A DNA stretch of 64,000 nucleotides from Phoronis australis (lineage: Eukaryota; Animalia; Phoronida). The notes under the pieces are model-generated. The model was not told the DNA's origin and did no database searches. It saw nothing but the letters and a program-made list of their open reading frames with translations. The DNA is taken from positions 125,147 to 189,146 of the forward strand of contig NMRA01000456.1 in the NCBI GenBank assembly GCA_002633005.1. Reading direction: 5' to 3'. The first letter of the stretch is position 1. Each line of letters begins with the position of its first letter. Shown here in pieces: positions 12,301 through 23,414 of the stretch. A program made the position numbers and the translations under genes.

Positions 12301-15300
12301 TAAGAATAACCCTCCCATTCAATCAGTCTCTTAATGACATGTTGTTGTAATGATATAGCTTTCAGCGCATAAACTAACAACCTACAAACAACAATTTATC
12401 GAGTCCAGTCTTCAGAAATAATGGCTTGTAGATCATTCAAGCCCAAAAAATCACATCCAATTTGAGGAAGGTACATTTAAACTACTTTTATAGTGGCCAT
12501 AATACATTAGTGTTTTTGACATCATGAATTGGCAAAGACAAGTGGGCTGGGACTTTTCTTTTCATCCCTACTTGGAAGATCACTAAAAAACAAATAATCA
12601 AAGCACATGTTCATCATGTCAACAGATTTATCAGCTAAAATTTTTGATGAAGCATTCATAACTCACCAATTTTAAGAATTATTTCATTAGTCGGTGGGTT
12701 TGGCTTTCCTGAGTTACACAAAAGCAGGTTCTGAGGTTTAAGGTCTCTGTGTACGATTCCCTTGGCGTTAAGCGCTTCCATTGCACCAGCTAGAAGTAAA
12801 CAGCTATGCACTGCACACAATGTAAACAAGGCAAAGATTACCACCAACCAGATCACTAGAATTACATTAGCACTGATTTAGCAATTATCACAAGACTCTA
12901 TCAACATACAACAATCCAAAGTATGTAATAGATAAAATCTTGATTGAAAACACAACAGTTACTGTTCTTTCAGTTGGACAGCTTGATATATAATCGCTCA
13001 TACTGTCTGTACTACTTCACAAATTACAAAAAAATAAACAAGTACGTAGCAACAGTAGCTATATTTTGTGTGCGTAAAGATGAGGCATTTTAGCATAAAA
13101 TTTTGGAATCTGGAGGGCAAGAACACTCGGAATCTCGTTTCCGCTGCGGAACTAGAGAAGACATGAATTCGTAATTTTTGGTAGAAAATGGCAAATTTGC
13201 AGTTTCGTTGTCATTTTTCGCCAACTTGAATCTTTACCAGCAGACAAAGCTAACAGCAGCGTCTCCACTGAATTTGTTTAACCACAAGAAATTCTACCAA
13301 GTGGGCTTTCTGCAAGTTAAGCATTTTGGTACATACAAGGGCTTTTGTTCAACCAGTTTGTGATCTCCACGAGATCAGTGAGTCAACCGGTGGTCTTCAT
13401 CCCATACTCGCGGAGCTTTAAGCAGGGTGCCCATACCTGAAGTCAACATCTTAAACACCTAGTAACTCACCTATTTGTTTCAAGAAAAGGGCAATTGTGT
13501 CTTCACTCAGCGTTCCTTTCACTGAAACAAATTTGGTAGAAAATACATGAGCAGAGTTTGCAGATCACCATCAACAACCAACTTTATGGCACCTTTACGT
13601 CATTAGAAAATACTGATGGCAAACCACTTAACTCCTCACATTTCCTAGTTACCATTATGCAGGGAACAATACTGTCATTGTTCAGTGGGACTAACTCCCC
13701 ACTGATCTCAATGCTCACATCAATGTTCAGAACTGACAAATTCAGCGTAATAGAAGCATTGATGGGCAGGTCCGGGAACCAAATTATCAGCCAGATAGGT
13801 GACACACCCACTCAAGTAACAAGTGAGTATGGCTTTGGTTATCCTAGTAAGTTAATGCGTCCTGTTTAGTACAAACCAATACCTTGCAGATAATCAGCTA
13901 GGTCACCGCCATCACAATACTGAAATAGAAGATAAACAGGTAACCAGACCTGGCGTTTTGAAAAAAAAGAAGCGAAGTTAATAGGAAATAGGTCATAAAC
14001 ACTGCAAGACTTTCGCTTGACCCAATTTCCCACCTTGGTTAGCACAACTGGTCCCTGAGACATTTTGATTGAATCATTTGGCTGAATATCCCAGAGCACA
14101 GCGGTGGTAATTTGACAGTATGATGATGGCAAGGAATCTATATACATGCTTTGAAATCCGTATTATTGAGGATAAAATGAGCCGTGGTTACAGCACAATT
14201 TTAACACGCCTAATTATTATGCGCCAATGGTGTGAGGTACACTCCTAAAATTACCCCTGCTCTACGAACCTCTCACCAGCATGTGGTATGGCGATTTCAA
14301 GATAATAGTGATTTCAAATTGGACCTACCTTCTTGAACCACTGTGGGCTGTAGTCTACTTATGGATGGACATAGGCTTTAAACAACATTTAATCATGAAG
14401 AAATGACTGAATTTTAATGTTCAATGGAAAACAAAAAGAAAACATATTCTTAGGAAGCACTTGCTTTTTACCACAACTGACACAAGTGTAGTTCTATAGT
14501 TGGACATCTCTTAACACAAATGGTTGTCACTAAATTATTTTCCAAAGGTAACATACCTCCATGATGAGGTAGACATGATGAGCAGTCTCCTGGAATACAG
14601 GAAAGGAACTGAGATATCAATAATGAATAGTGTGAATGTCACAGACAACTCAAAAAACACTGGTGCACCCACAATTAGAACTCAAAGCTCCGCACTACAA
14701 GTCACAAATTCTTTATCAAAGTTAACAAGGTTGCCGTATGACACATAGATAGGATATTAACTGAGAGGCTGCAGCAGTACTATTGGAAATAATCCCAAGT
14801 GCCTTGCATCACATATTAATACAGGTCACACATCACCCTTTCTCAGCCTGTGGCATAATTGCCATACTGAATTTAAAGTGGCAATAAACTCGAATTCCGC
14901 CCAAGAAGTGAACTTGACATTTAAACTACTTGCCGCAATAAAATTGTTCTCGACTTCTTCTTACTTACATGAGAAAAGATGTCTGGATTTGTAAAGAACT
15001 GACAGTTCGTTATTCACCAAGACTGTGCTCGGAGAATAACAAGACTGTGCTTGAAGAATAACCTGATACGCCATGACAAGCCAACTTCTACAGAGGACAG
15101 AATCACATTTAGTAATGACTAACTGACAATTCTATTGAAGTCCTGAAATAACCTTGAATGTGACTAAACAACTGTGTGAGACTGATTTCGTTCGGTATAT
15201 GATCTACATCAAAAGTTTTTTGCCATGGAAGGTGGATTTAGAGCAGCTCCAAGCATTTTTAAAACAACGTTTTTTTGAGTGTTTCGTTGTCATTTGTTGT

Positions 15301-18300
15301 CAAATTCATAGAAAAACACTTGCCAAACTTCATAAAAACAGCGCAACAGAATGACGAGATACAGCTGCAAAATAATTGCCACTAGGGGGCACCACAGTAG
15401 TCAAATTCATCTGAAAACCAACGTCAGCTATGGTCTTCTCAGCGGGAACATATCTGCCAATTTTCATAATTATCCTTTGAGCAGTTTAACAGATAAGGCA
15501 GTGGACACCAAAAATGAACGGGGTGAATAACAAAATGGTCACTGGGTGGCACAGGAATCTGTCCAAATATAAGAATGCATTTCCATTACTTAAATAGAAA
15601 CTTGTTTGTCAAATTTAATGAAATTCTGTCAAAGAGTTCTAAATGTAAGAAAATAAAATTGCCACATGGGGCACAGCAGTGATCAGGACCCTCAAAAAAT
15701 TGTTGTCATTCATTGTCACATTCATAGGAAAACACTAACTTCCCATAATTCACAAGATCCTGTAAGACATTAAGAAAATACAGCTGAGAACTGAAAAAGC
15801 AAAAAAATCAACATAAGAACGAATCTGCGTGATCCTTTGAGCAGTTAAGCAGATTGAGAAGTGAACCACAAAAACGGACTTGAAAATAATAAAAAATAGC
15901 TTCTAGTTGGTGCAAAACACTTCAAAACCATCCGAAAATAGAAAGGCATTATTTTCTCCTTAATATACACATTACAAAATTTCATGAAACCCATCAAAGA
16001 GCTTTGAAGTTATAGAGGCAACATTAAACCTTAAAATTGCACAGGGGTAGTCCAATCAGTCCAAAGGTCGTCACCATGTCATCAGCTAATTAGCAACACA
16101 CTTACTGAATCTCATTAAGACTTGGCAAGGGGTTTAAGAGATACAGCAGTGGATGCTGGACGCACAGACAGATGGATGCCCAGACATATGGACGCCCACA
16201 CAAAGATGACGGCAATATGCACCCACATATGTATATGTGTACACATAAAATAGCTTTGCAACAAAGATAAAATATAATATCATTTGTACCTTTCAAATGA
16301 AAACGGTGCAAATTTTATGAAAAAAATTATCAGCTTATATCCCACAAATCTAATGTACCTTCAGTTCAATTTTGAGGTATCTCCAAAACTGTAAATTTGT
16401 CATCCTTCTCCAACAAAAAGTAGTCATAACAGAAATTACAAGCATTTTGAATGAGAGCAAATGTTATTATAAGGCAGTTTTCAAACACTAATGCTGTTGA
16501 GATACGTTCTGATATAATATCATACCTTGCAGTCCAAGAGGGCAACCACATTATCATGATGAAGACTGGACAACTCCTGAAAGTCAAACCACATACAGCT
16601 GACTGTAAGTTCACAAATGATATCAATCATATTATTATAGTCACAATTATCTCTCAATATGGCATTCATAACAAAGATAAACAGTTTTCAAAATCAACAC
16701 TCTAATGCAAATGTAATGCTCATTTGCACGAAAATGGTATAAAACATTTTATGCCGCATTCCAGATATTCCATACCCGGCAAAATTTCTTTTTTTTGCTC
16801 AGCAAGTTCTGTGACTTGGCAAGGTTGTGTATCAACAAATCCAACTCACCTTTAGAATTTTAATTTCTTTGCTCAGCAAGTTCTGTGACTTGGCAAGGTT
16901 CTTTTTTGTCACAGCTTTAATGGCAACAATGAAATCATGTTTCTGAAAAATAAAAATAACAGGAAATTTCAGTCATTTACAAGTTTTGTGGAACACCATA
17001 GGCCTTCTCCATTGGGTTGCCACTCAAATGTCGTAATTCTACACCACTTTTGATGGGGGTGGGAGGGGTGTGCTGCACAGAAAAAGAACAACAGGGAGTT
17101 TTTGTCGGTACCTTCAATTGATGAACAGAGGGTTCCACATAGTACACATGGATGGGCATAATCTGCCCACAGTGGATAGTGAAAAACAAAACTTAAGACT
17201 GAAACCCTTCAAATAATAATGACCATGTTTAGTTGAAGTTGAAGACGAGACTTTGAAAAGTACTTCATGTAAATGTCAAACTGCGTTATAAAATTGTATC
17301 CAAATATTGGATTTTTTGGAGTGATTTCATTTGATTTCAATAACGGGGCACATGCACCTTCATCCGCCATCATCTTCATGCCTATAATGTTTTTTTTTGC
17401 AGTTTAGAACATGGACTCTTTTTAGAACAAGGGTAAATTTTGCATTAACTTCAGCACACCTTTCTTATTGAGTAAGACCAAAGGAGCAGTGTCTGCAATT
17501 TAGAATTTTCTTTTAACAATGTAGAAATCAACAGTAAATCATAAAGACTTGAGAAAATGTTTAAAAATTAAGGACTCTTAAAGGTTTTATATCTGACTTA
17601 TGTTGTTTGATGGTAAATAAAAATCCAAGATTTGACTCCTTATGCATTGGCAGGGATACGCCTCCAGATGAGAATGGATCCAGAAAAGTGCAAAGGATTG
17701 GACAGAAAATAGGGAGGACAAAGCAGTGAAAGTAGAGCCATAGTTTGATTTAATAGAATGACCGTAAGAGGCCGTGGATGATAACAACATGGCATCAACT
17801 AGATTCATTCTGAATGATTCGTCTAAAGGTGAAAAATGCTTAGTCCCTTGAAACAGCAGCACCTGCTGATAATAGAGGTAAGTAGAAGACTCAATTAAGT
17901 GATTATTGTATGATGAATTCAAGATTAGGCAGAAAAACTGAGCACGGAGTTCAGATGCCACCAAGTGAGCAGCCGGCCAGCATCGTCCCTCGTTTACTAC
18001 GACTACGCGGATTACTTCTGTGGCTTTTTGTATCCACTGTGGAAATTTTTTTGAGTCATGAACTGGTACAGCATATATGCTCTTTACATCCCCTCAGTTC
18101 CTACAGTTTTCATTTATAGTCACTATCGGGGATTTTATTCACGATGTCGCTGTTTTTGTTTTGAACAATGAATGTCCATCACCACGAACGTCCACCTGTA
18201 TCATGATTTAATTATTATTACCCGGAAAATAAACGAGAGTAATTAACAGATTCGACCATTGCAAAAATTGTGAGTGAATTAGAGTGACGCATGGGCAACG

Positions 18301-19323
18301 TGTGTCAACTGACTGCATAAATTGCCCTTATATCAGCCTAGGCGCGAAATACAAGGGGAAAGAAGTATTAGTTTGGGTCAGACAGATTTACCAACATCGA
18401 CGACTTCAAATTAGGTACCAATAACCTCTATGGCTGCTATGCCAGGGCCCCTGTAAGTTCCTCCAAGGAGAAATGTGCCTGTGCCTTCTTAGAGGGAAAT
18501 ATTTCAAGGTAAGTGAAAAATTCTACCTCCCAATCACCATAAATAGCACCCCCCCCTGTTGCAAAGGCCTCATAGGTTCTGCCTCAATTAGCCAAATTAA
18601 CATTGTGAGCTGTTTCAAATTGTCACCTGTGTGAGTTACAAGTGATTAGAACCTCATGGGGAATTTTTCAATCACTTGATGGGAATTTTTGGACATCAAG
18701 AGGGGAACGAAATTACCATGCCCCTGACCAATCTGTTTAACAAACTTCTTCAGCTAGGCATTTATCCGTCTTCTTGGAAACATGGAATTATGGTCCCCAT
18801 ACACAAAAAAGGCTCCAAAACTGAAATTTCAAATTATCGCCCAATAACATTACTTAACACCCTGTCCAAAATCTTTGAGAAGATCATTGCTCAAANTCAG
18901 AGGGGAATGGGGCTGATATTTGGCCTCAAAATCGAGGGATTGAGGGCCCTGTATGCAGGAAGGTACTTATAGTCATATAACAATTATAGACCGACAGCCC
19001 AGTGTGAGACGTAATTACTAATTTGCCAATAAGTTTCCAGGCTAGGTCTGCCCTACAGGATGCCAACGTCTGAGCCATCAGCTTTGCTGACCCAGTTCAG
19101 ACAATGGCAGAGCCATGAGATATACCTCCTGGTATAGCTCATTGCCATAGGCATAGGGGTGGAGTATACCCAGCCCCAAAATCTAAATTTAATAATAAGT
19201 CTACATTTCCCTTCACTTCACTTCAGTTACCTTTTTGTGGCGTCCTTTGAACACTACAGCAAAAGCACCATGCCCTATCAAATCTTTTTTGCTGTACTCG
19301 AATTCATCCACTGATTCCATCAT
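318..19323 (-). CDS. ULK: Serine/threonine kinase ULK1/2 (Atg1/unc-51), complete spliced gene, 21 coding exons, about 915 aa
   Basis: Exons sum to 2748 nt in frame. Kinase motifs [43 protein letters not shown]; LIR motif DDFVIV; C-terminal Atg13-binding/MIT region ([34 protein letters not shown]). The ULK1 versus ULK2 paralog cannot be assigned. Confidence 0.96.
1462..1552 (-). CDS. ULK: ULK exon 20
   Basis: [26 protein letters not shown]. Confidence 0.92.
2008..2201 (-). CDS. ULK: ULK exon 19
   Basis: [41 protein letters not shown]. Confidence 0.92.
2734..2949. repeat. About 53-bp tandem repeat x4 containing the ULK exon 18 3' end and donor site
   Basis: tgatttgaacttaccacttcttacagagttt..ggagacgacctgctc-like units. 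Confidence 0.9.
2905..3023 (-). CDS. ULK: ULK exon 18
   Basis: [39 protein letters not shown]. Confidence 0.92.
3198..3667. mobile_element. Non-autonomous hAT-like DNA transposon (MITE)
   Basis: 13-bp TIR CAGGGCTTGGAAT/ATTCCAAGCCCTG, flanking direct repeat AAGTTT, repeated internal CGCGGAAA motifs. Confidence 0.75.
4018..4175 (-). CDS. ULK: ULK exon 17
   Basis: [27 protein letters not shown].. Confidence 0.9.
4638..4825 (-). CDS. ULK: ULK exon 16
   Basis: ..[23 protein letters not shown]. Confidence 0.92.
5377..5526 (-). CDS. ULK: ULK exon 15
   Basis: [25 protein letters not shown]. Confidence 0.8.
5725..5801. repeat. 15-bp perfect minisatellite x5
   Basis: GTGACATCATTCCCA repeated. Confidence 0.95.
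6204..6244. repeat. Perfect palindrome with 20-bp arms and a 1-nt spacer
   Basis: ATGGTGATCATGACTTGTCA-C-TGACAAGTCATGATCACCAT. Confidence 0.95.
6324..6494 (-). CDS. ULK: ULK exon 14
   Basis: [23 protein letters not shown]; donor chosen for phase compatibility with the next exon. Confidence 0.75.
7159..7342 (-). CDS. ULK: ULK exon 13
   Basis: ..[15 protein letters not shown].., Ser/Pro-rich linker. Confidence 0.85.
7795..8029 (-). CDS. ULK: ULK exon 12
   Basis: ..[17 protein letters not shown].., a ULK-type motif. Confidence 0.87.
8142..8353. mobile_element. Short MITE with termini related to the 3198-3667 element
   Basis: CAGGGCTTAGAATGACC ... GGAAAATTCCAACCCCTG, internal GAGGAAA repeats. 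Confidence 0.6.
8738..8961 (-). CDS. ULK: ULK exon 11 (contains LIR motif)
   Basis: Open frame, phase-consistent, [11 protein letters not shown]. Confidence 0.87.
9429..9598 (-). CDS. ULK: ULK exon 10
   Basis: [22 protein letters not shown].., end of kinase domain. Confidence 0.9.
10323..10566 (-). CDS. ULK: ULK exon 9
   Basis: [37 protein letters not shown]. Confidence 0.95.
11202..11275 (-). CDS. ULK: ULK exon 8
   Basis: [24 protein letters not shown]. Confidence 0.95.
11820..12140. repeat. Degenerate minisatellite (about 50-60 bp unit)
   Basis: Recurring tagtgttca..ggaagaag..gctatcta motifs. Confidence 0.65.
12667..12789 (-). CDS. ULK: ULK exon 7
   Basis: [27 protein letters not shown], catalytic loop. 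Confidence 0.95.
13471..13521 (-). CDS. ULK: ULK exon 6
   Basis: [16 protein letters not shown]. Confidence 0.92.
13883..13919 (-). CDS. ULK: ULK exon 5
   Basis: [12 protein letters not shown]. Confidence 0.92.
14557..14589 (-). CDS. ULK: ULK exon 4
   Basis: [11 protein letters not shown], 33-nt exon with canonical splice sites. Confidence 0.88.
15260..16240. mobile_element. Degenerate non-autonomous repeat with internal subrepeats (family uncertain)
   Basis: Internal copies of atcctttgagcagtt (about 15470 and 15830) and gtcattcattgtca..ttcatag; ccactagggggc motif; gacg/gacaga-rich tail. Confidence 0.45.
16526..16576 (-). CDS. ULK: ULK exon 3
   Basis: [17 protein letters not shown]. Confidence 0.9.
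16850..16942 (-). CDS. ULK: ULK exon 2
   Basis: [39 protein letters not shown]. Confidence 0.93.
18700..18895 (+). mobile_element. Non-LTR retrotransposon reverse-transcriptase fragment
   Basis: [56 protein letters not shown] (LINE RT domains 0-2); homology stops at the N at 18896. Confidence 0.9.
19231..19323 (-). CDS. ULK: ULK coding exon 1
   Basis: [31 protein letters not shown], donor GTAACT. Confidence 0.93.
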
Positions 19324-19997
19324 TGCAAATGATGACGCAAAGCACCCTCTCAAAGGCAAACCGAGCGACACGGGTGTTGAGGCCAATCACCGACATCAGT
19401 CAATAGTCATCGCTCATCAGACTCGCATACGATTACGAATGCATGATGAAGAAAGAATAGATTAATATTAAGTCATAATTAATGCAACAGACTCCTGTTC
19501 CCATTCAGAAACACATGGTCGAAGTCGCAAGAAAAAATGTGCCTCAAACGTTTCGACGCTACTGGCAGACAAACCTGACTTGTTTCGATGTTTTGTGTTT
19601 GTCTTGCATAAACACTTTGTTTAGGTTTAAACCTATTTGCCACTATTTATTAATCCGCCCAATAAGATAAATTCAATAAGCAACGTGCTATTCGCGACAG
19701 AGCTCCATTTTTAATTTTCATTTTTGTTATTCATGAAGATAAGTTATTAGATTTGAAGCTGAATTGGATATTTTAATGATTATGTTGCTCAAACACATAA
19801 GAAAGATTACTACGCAATCGATGTCAAAATCTCGAACATCCACGCGTGATTGCAAATATTGGTGCAAGAGAAAAATGGAAGCGCACGTGTTGGAAGACGA
19901 AGTATTTGTGAAATAATATAGTATTGCTCGTCCCGTATTGCAAAGTATCTTCTCCTCTCGAATGCTTTTTGAAATTCTTGACGATGCGTGCTCGTAG
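19324..19997. promoter_or_regulatory. Putative bidirectional promoter and 5'UTR region shared by ULK and the AKAP1-like gene
   Basis: ULK ATG at 19323 (-); plus-strand donor TAG|GTGAGT at 19997/19998 suits an AKAP1 non-coding exon 1; locally CpG-richer; CACGTG E-box at 19884. Confidence 0.55.
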
Positions 19998-21364
19998 GTG
20001 AGTCATAGACGTCTTTACATCTGTGGCGTCAGCGGAGGGCAGTTTCAAAAAAAATCGACAGCATCACGTTGTTGTTGAGTGTTTGTTGTTGGTCCCACAG
20101 TGTGACCGATTCGTCTCAGTGTATATCATCACAGGCTTTAACGTCGGAGATAAAGAGTGTAATCCCAGCTCATTCTAGATGACAATTGCCGAATTTTTGT
20201 GACATGGGATTTATGGGTGCACTGCAAATGCATTTGCCAGCTTAGAGTTGCTTATTCAACAAATGACGATAGACACTACCGACTCTGGCCACAGCAGAGA
20301 GGGTAGTCACATAAGCCCTCCATACGTTTTTAGCCTATCAAGTATCATGTCTCACACTGAACCATCAAACAGATAGTGCCATAAACATCTTTTGCACATA
20401 GAGGTGGGGTGAGCAAATCAAAATTTCAAGTTTAACAAAATCGCATGAAAATGTGTTCAAGCAAAAGCTTTCGTTGAGTAGAATTTGCTAATTTTTGAAT
20501 TTTTATAAACGACCTAGTAGTTTTGATGCTAAAGCCATTTTTGTTGCCCAGAACGGCCCTTTTTCTAGAATTCAGCATCTAAGTTTCAGAATTGGGGTCA
20601 AAGTAGAGTTCAAGCTTGAATTATTTGTAGCAATATAGTATATAAATTTCTAAAAATGGGCTTTAACTTATTGGTACTATCTTGTATTTTAAGACTAACG
20701 AGCTAACGGTGTTGAAATTAGGGAAAAAGCAATTGAAAGGTTTGTGAAGCTGCGTTTTTCATTCTACGTTCAAAAAATGATGCACATACAGCTCTGAAGC
20801 TTTCAGGATTTCCTAGAAATGTCACTGAAACTAGGGTGAGCAAACCCAAATACAAATTTCATTAGAAACACTTGAAAAGAGTGTAGCTTTAGACATGCCG
20901 TTTATACAACTTTTGAATTTTTCAAATCGGTTCGGCGTTCTCGAATTATTTGAATTTGAGAGCCTCAAAAATGGCAAACCGCACCCAGAAATTTCAGGCC
21001 ACAGAAAATGGCAAGTTTAGACAACTATATTTGGGAATCCATAGCTCACAGTGTTCTTAAAACAAGTTGGTGAGTCCTTTGCAAGTAGGTTATCAACATG
21101 GCATAGACATCAAACCACAAATTATTATATTTTGCACGAACAAGAACAACAAAAATTGAAAAATTCACCATCGACTTAGTATGCTAATAGATATGAGCTT
21201 GTGAAAATCATGAAAAATGGCAAAATTTCGCTCTTGCTGAATTTCCGCCATATTCGTTTGCTCACCCTGTTGAAACATTAATACATCTGTATTAACTAGT
21301 AAATGCATTCTCAAAAAAGCAATTTTAAAATTTAAAAAAGTCTCGAAGTTAAAGGGTTTTGTAA

Positions 21365-21927
21365 GGGCTGTTCCAGTAAAATCTGTATGGGAGGGGTGAA
21401 GGCACCTTTTTTCACACCCACCACCCATATTTTTCATTTATTTCTTCAGCCTACCACCCGTAATTTTTTATAAGTTTGAAATGCAACCACCCGTAATTTT
21501 TTTGTTCTTGTGGTTGACTGCACAGGCGCTTGAGTTTGTCTGTTCCTCCATCACCACTAACGTCATTCATTACTAAGAAAACATATGTCTCTTATATGGT
21601 TATTAGCCATCGAGAAATTCGAGCACCTGTGGTTAAATGGTGTTATGGGCATGCCAATGAGGAGATCGGAGGGAGTGACAAAGTAGGAGCTTTTTGCAAG
21701 TTGCATTTTTGTTTCAGTTTTTGATTCTGTGCGGATTGTTTATAAAATTTACTAAAATTTCCCACCATCAAACATTTATGGCCCAATGAAACAACAACGA
21801 CCTGTAAATTTTTATTTTTTTGAAGTACGACCACCACCCATTTTGAATTTAAATCAAACGCAACCACCCATAAATTTTTATTTCAGTTGCCTTCCCCCCT
21901 CCCACACAGATTTTCCTGGAACAGCCC
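21365..21927. mobile_element. PIF/Harbinger-like MITE
   Basis: About 39-bp TIR GGGCTGTTCCAG(T/G)AAAATCTGT(A/G)TGGGAGGGG..GAAGGCA, TAA target-site duplication on both sides. Confidence 0.85.
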
Positions 21928-22577
21928 TAATTTAGGCAGCCTCTTTTCAAGATTTATTACATTTATTTTGCCATACGTAAAAAACCTGTAAAAATTTTCT
22001 TCATACGTTTTAACAATGTTGCTCGGACATCATTTCAACACCTATAACAGGACATTAAATTTGAAAATCTAACTAAGAAATCAACTACTTGCAAACTTTG
22101 CAAATGTCTAAACAAAAGGAGAATTGTGCCAACAGCCATAATAGAAACTACTGGCGACATCTATAGATACTTAAAACTGATGTCCGTAATGGAGACTGTC
22201 GGGTGGGACTACGTAACAGGACACCCCAGTTTCGCAACTATCTTACTTCGACCACTTACTCTTTTTCACCTCCTAAGTACCCTTGATAAAACGAATTGAT
22301 TGTTTAAATCCTAAGGTTTGTTAATGCCAGCTTTATTTAAGGTAGTGATTTTGGCTCGGCCAAATTAGGTCTTGCCGTGGAGACCTCTGTGTGAGGACAA
22401 TGTTAATGCCAACATTGCATGCTAACAACACGCCTGGAAGAAGGGACTTTTTTCTATTGTTAGTTAGAAAGCCTGCGTAACTCACATATATACATCTGGA
22501 TGATCCAGATAGTCAAGTAACAAAGTAAGCACTAGATCGGTTATTCCATCATTCTTCAATTTCTATTGCAGGTAATT

Positions 22578-23414
22578 ATGGGTGTGAACATTCGAACAGT
22601 TGGGGCTGTAGCCGTGACAACGTTGTTGGCTCTGTTGGGACTAGTCTGGTTTCAGAGACGTAAGCGAGAGAATACTGGTAGTACTAGAAATGTGGAATCG
22701 ACAGACAACACAGAAAAAGTCCTTTCAGCAACAAGTACAGAATGTGAAGGTGCACTAGATGATGGCGATGCGTCTGATCAATGTAAGCTAGAGCAAAATC
22801 CAGAAGATGGCACTGGTGACGACGTTACTGCGGTGACTGCTACTGCAGCGACTGCTGCTGGGGTGACTGCTGCACATGAGGATCAGGAGACTTTAGTTGC
22901 CCAAAATACTGGTTCCTATGTGGAATCTACACAACAAGAGCTTGCTGATTTGGGTGAAGCTGTTGTGGAAGAGTTATGCGTGTCTCAAACGTCTCTGATT
23001 CAGGATAAAACACCAGTACTGAAAGACAGTTTTCCGGATTCTAGTTCAAATGACCGTCATAGTTCCTCATTCACTGCTAATGCAGAAACAGACATAAAGC
23101 AAAGTGCAGAAAAAGTTGCGAGTTCATCCCATAAAATCAAAGTAGTAAGTGCTAGTTCACTAAGGAGTCGTGCTAACAATTCATCGACGGAACTCCAGCA
23201 AGCGGATTTTGCTCCTGTGGGTAGCGCTGTAGATGATGAGAATTCTGATCCCAAAGTGAGCCATACAAGCTGTGTTGAAACAAATGACAGTCGGGAGACT
23301 TCCAATGAAAGCCTTCCATCCCTTGAGGTTACTGGAGCCAGTGTGGTCAGTGGTCAGCTGGCCAGTCCTGTTGATGATTTAGGCAGTACTTCGTCACACT
23401 CGGATCACAGTGAG
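22578..23414 (+). CDS. AKAP1: AKAP1 first coding exon (mitochondrial anchor and acidic/Ser-rich linker)
   Basis: Acceptor ttgcag at 22571, ATG at 22578, donor GAG|GTAACT. Confidence 0.88.

Noticed and set aside
13558-13869. Overlapping 103-aa and 75-aa ORFs
   Set aside because: They lie within a short ULK intron between well-defined kinase exons and have no motifs.
17587-17964. 125-aa minus-strand ORF in ULK intron 1
   Set aside because: No recognisable domain or splice-consistent role; possibly a decayed retroelement, but I could not support that.
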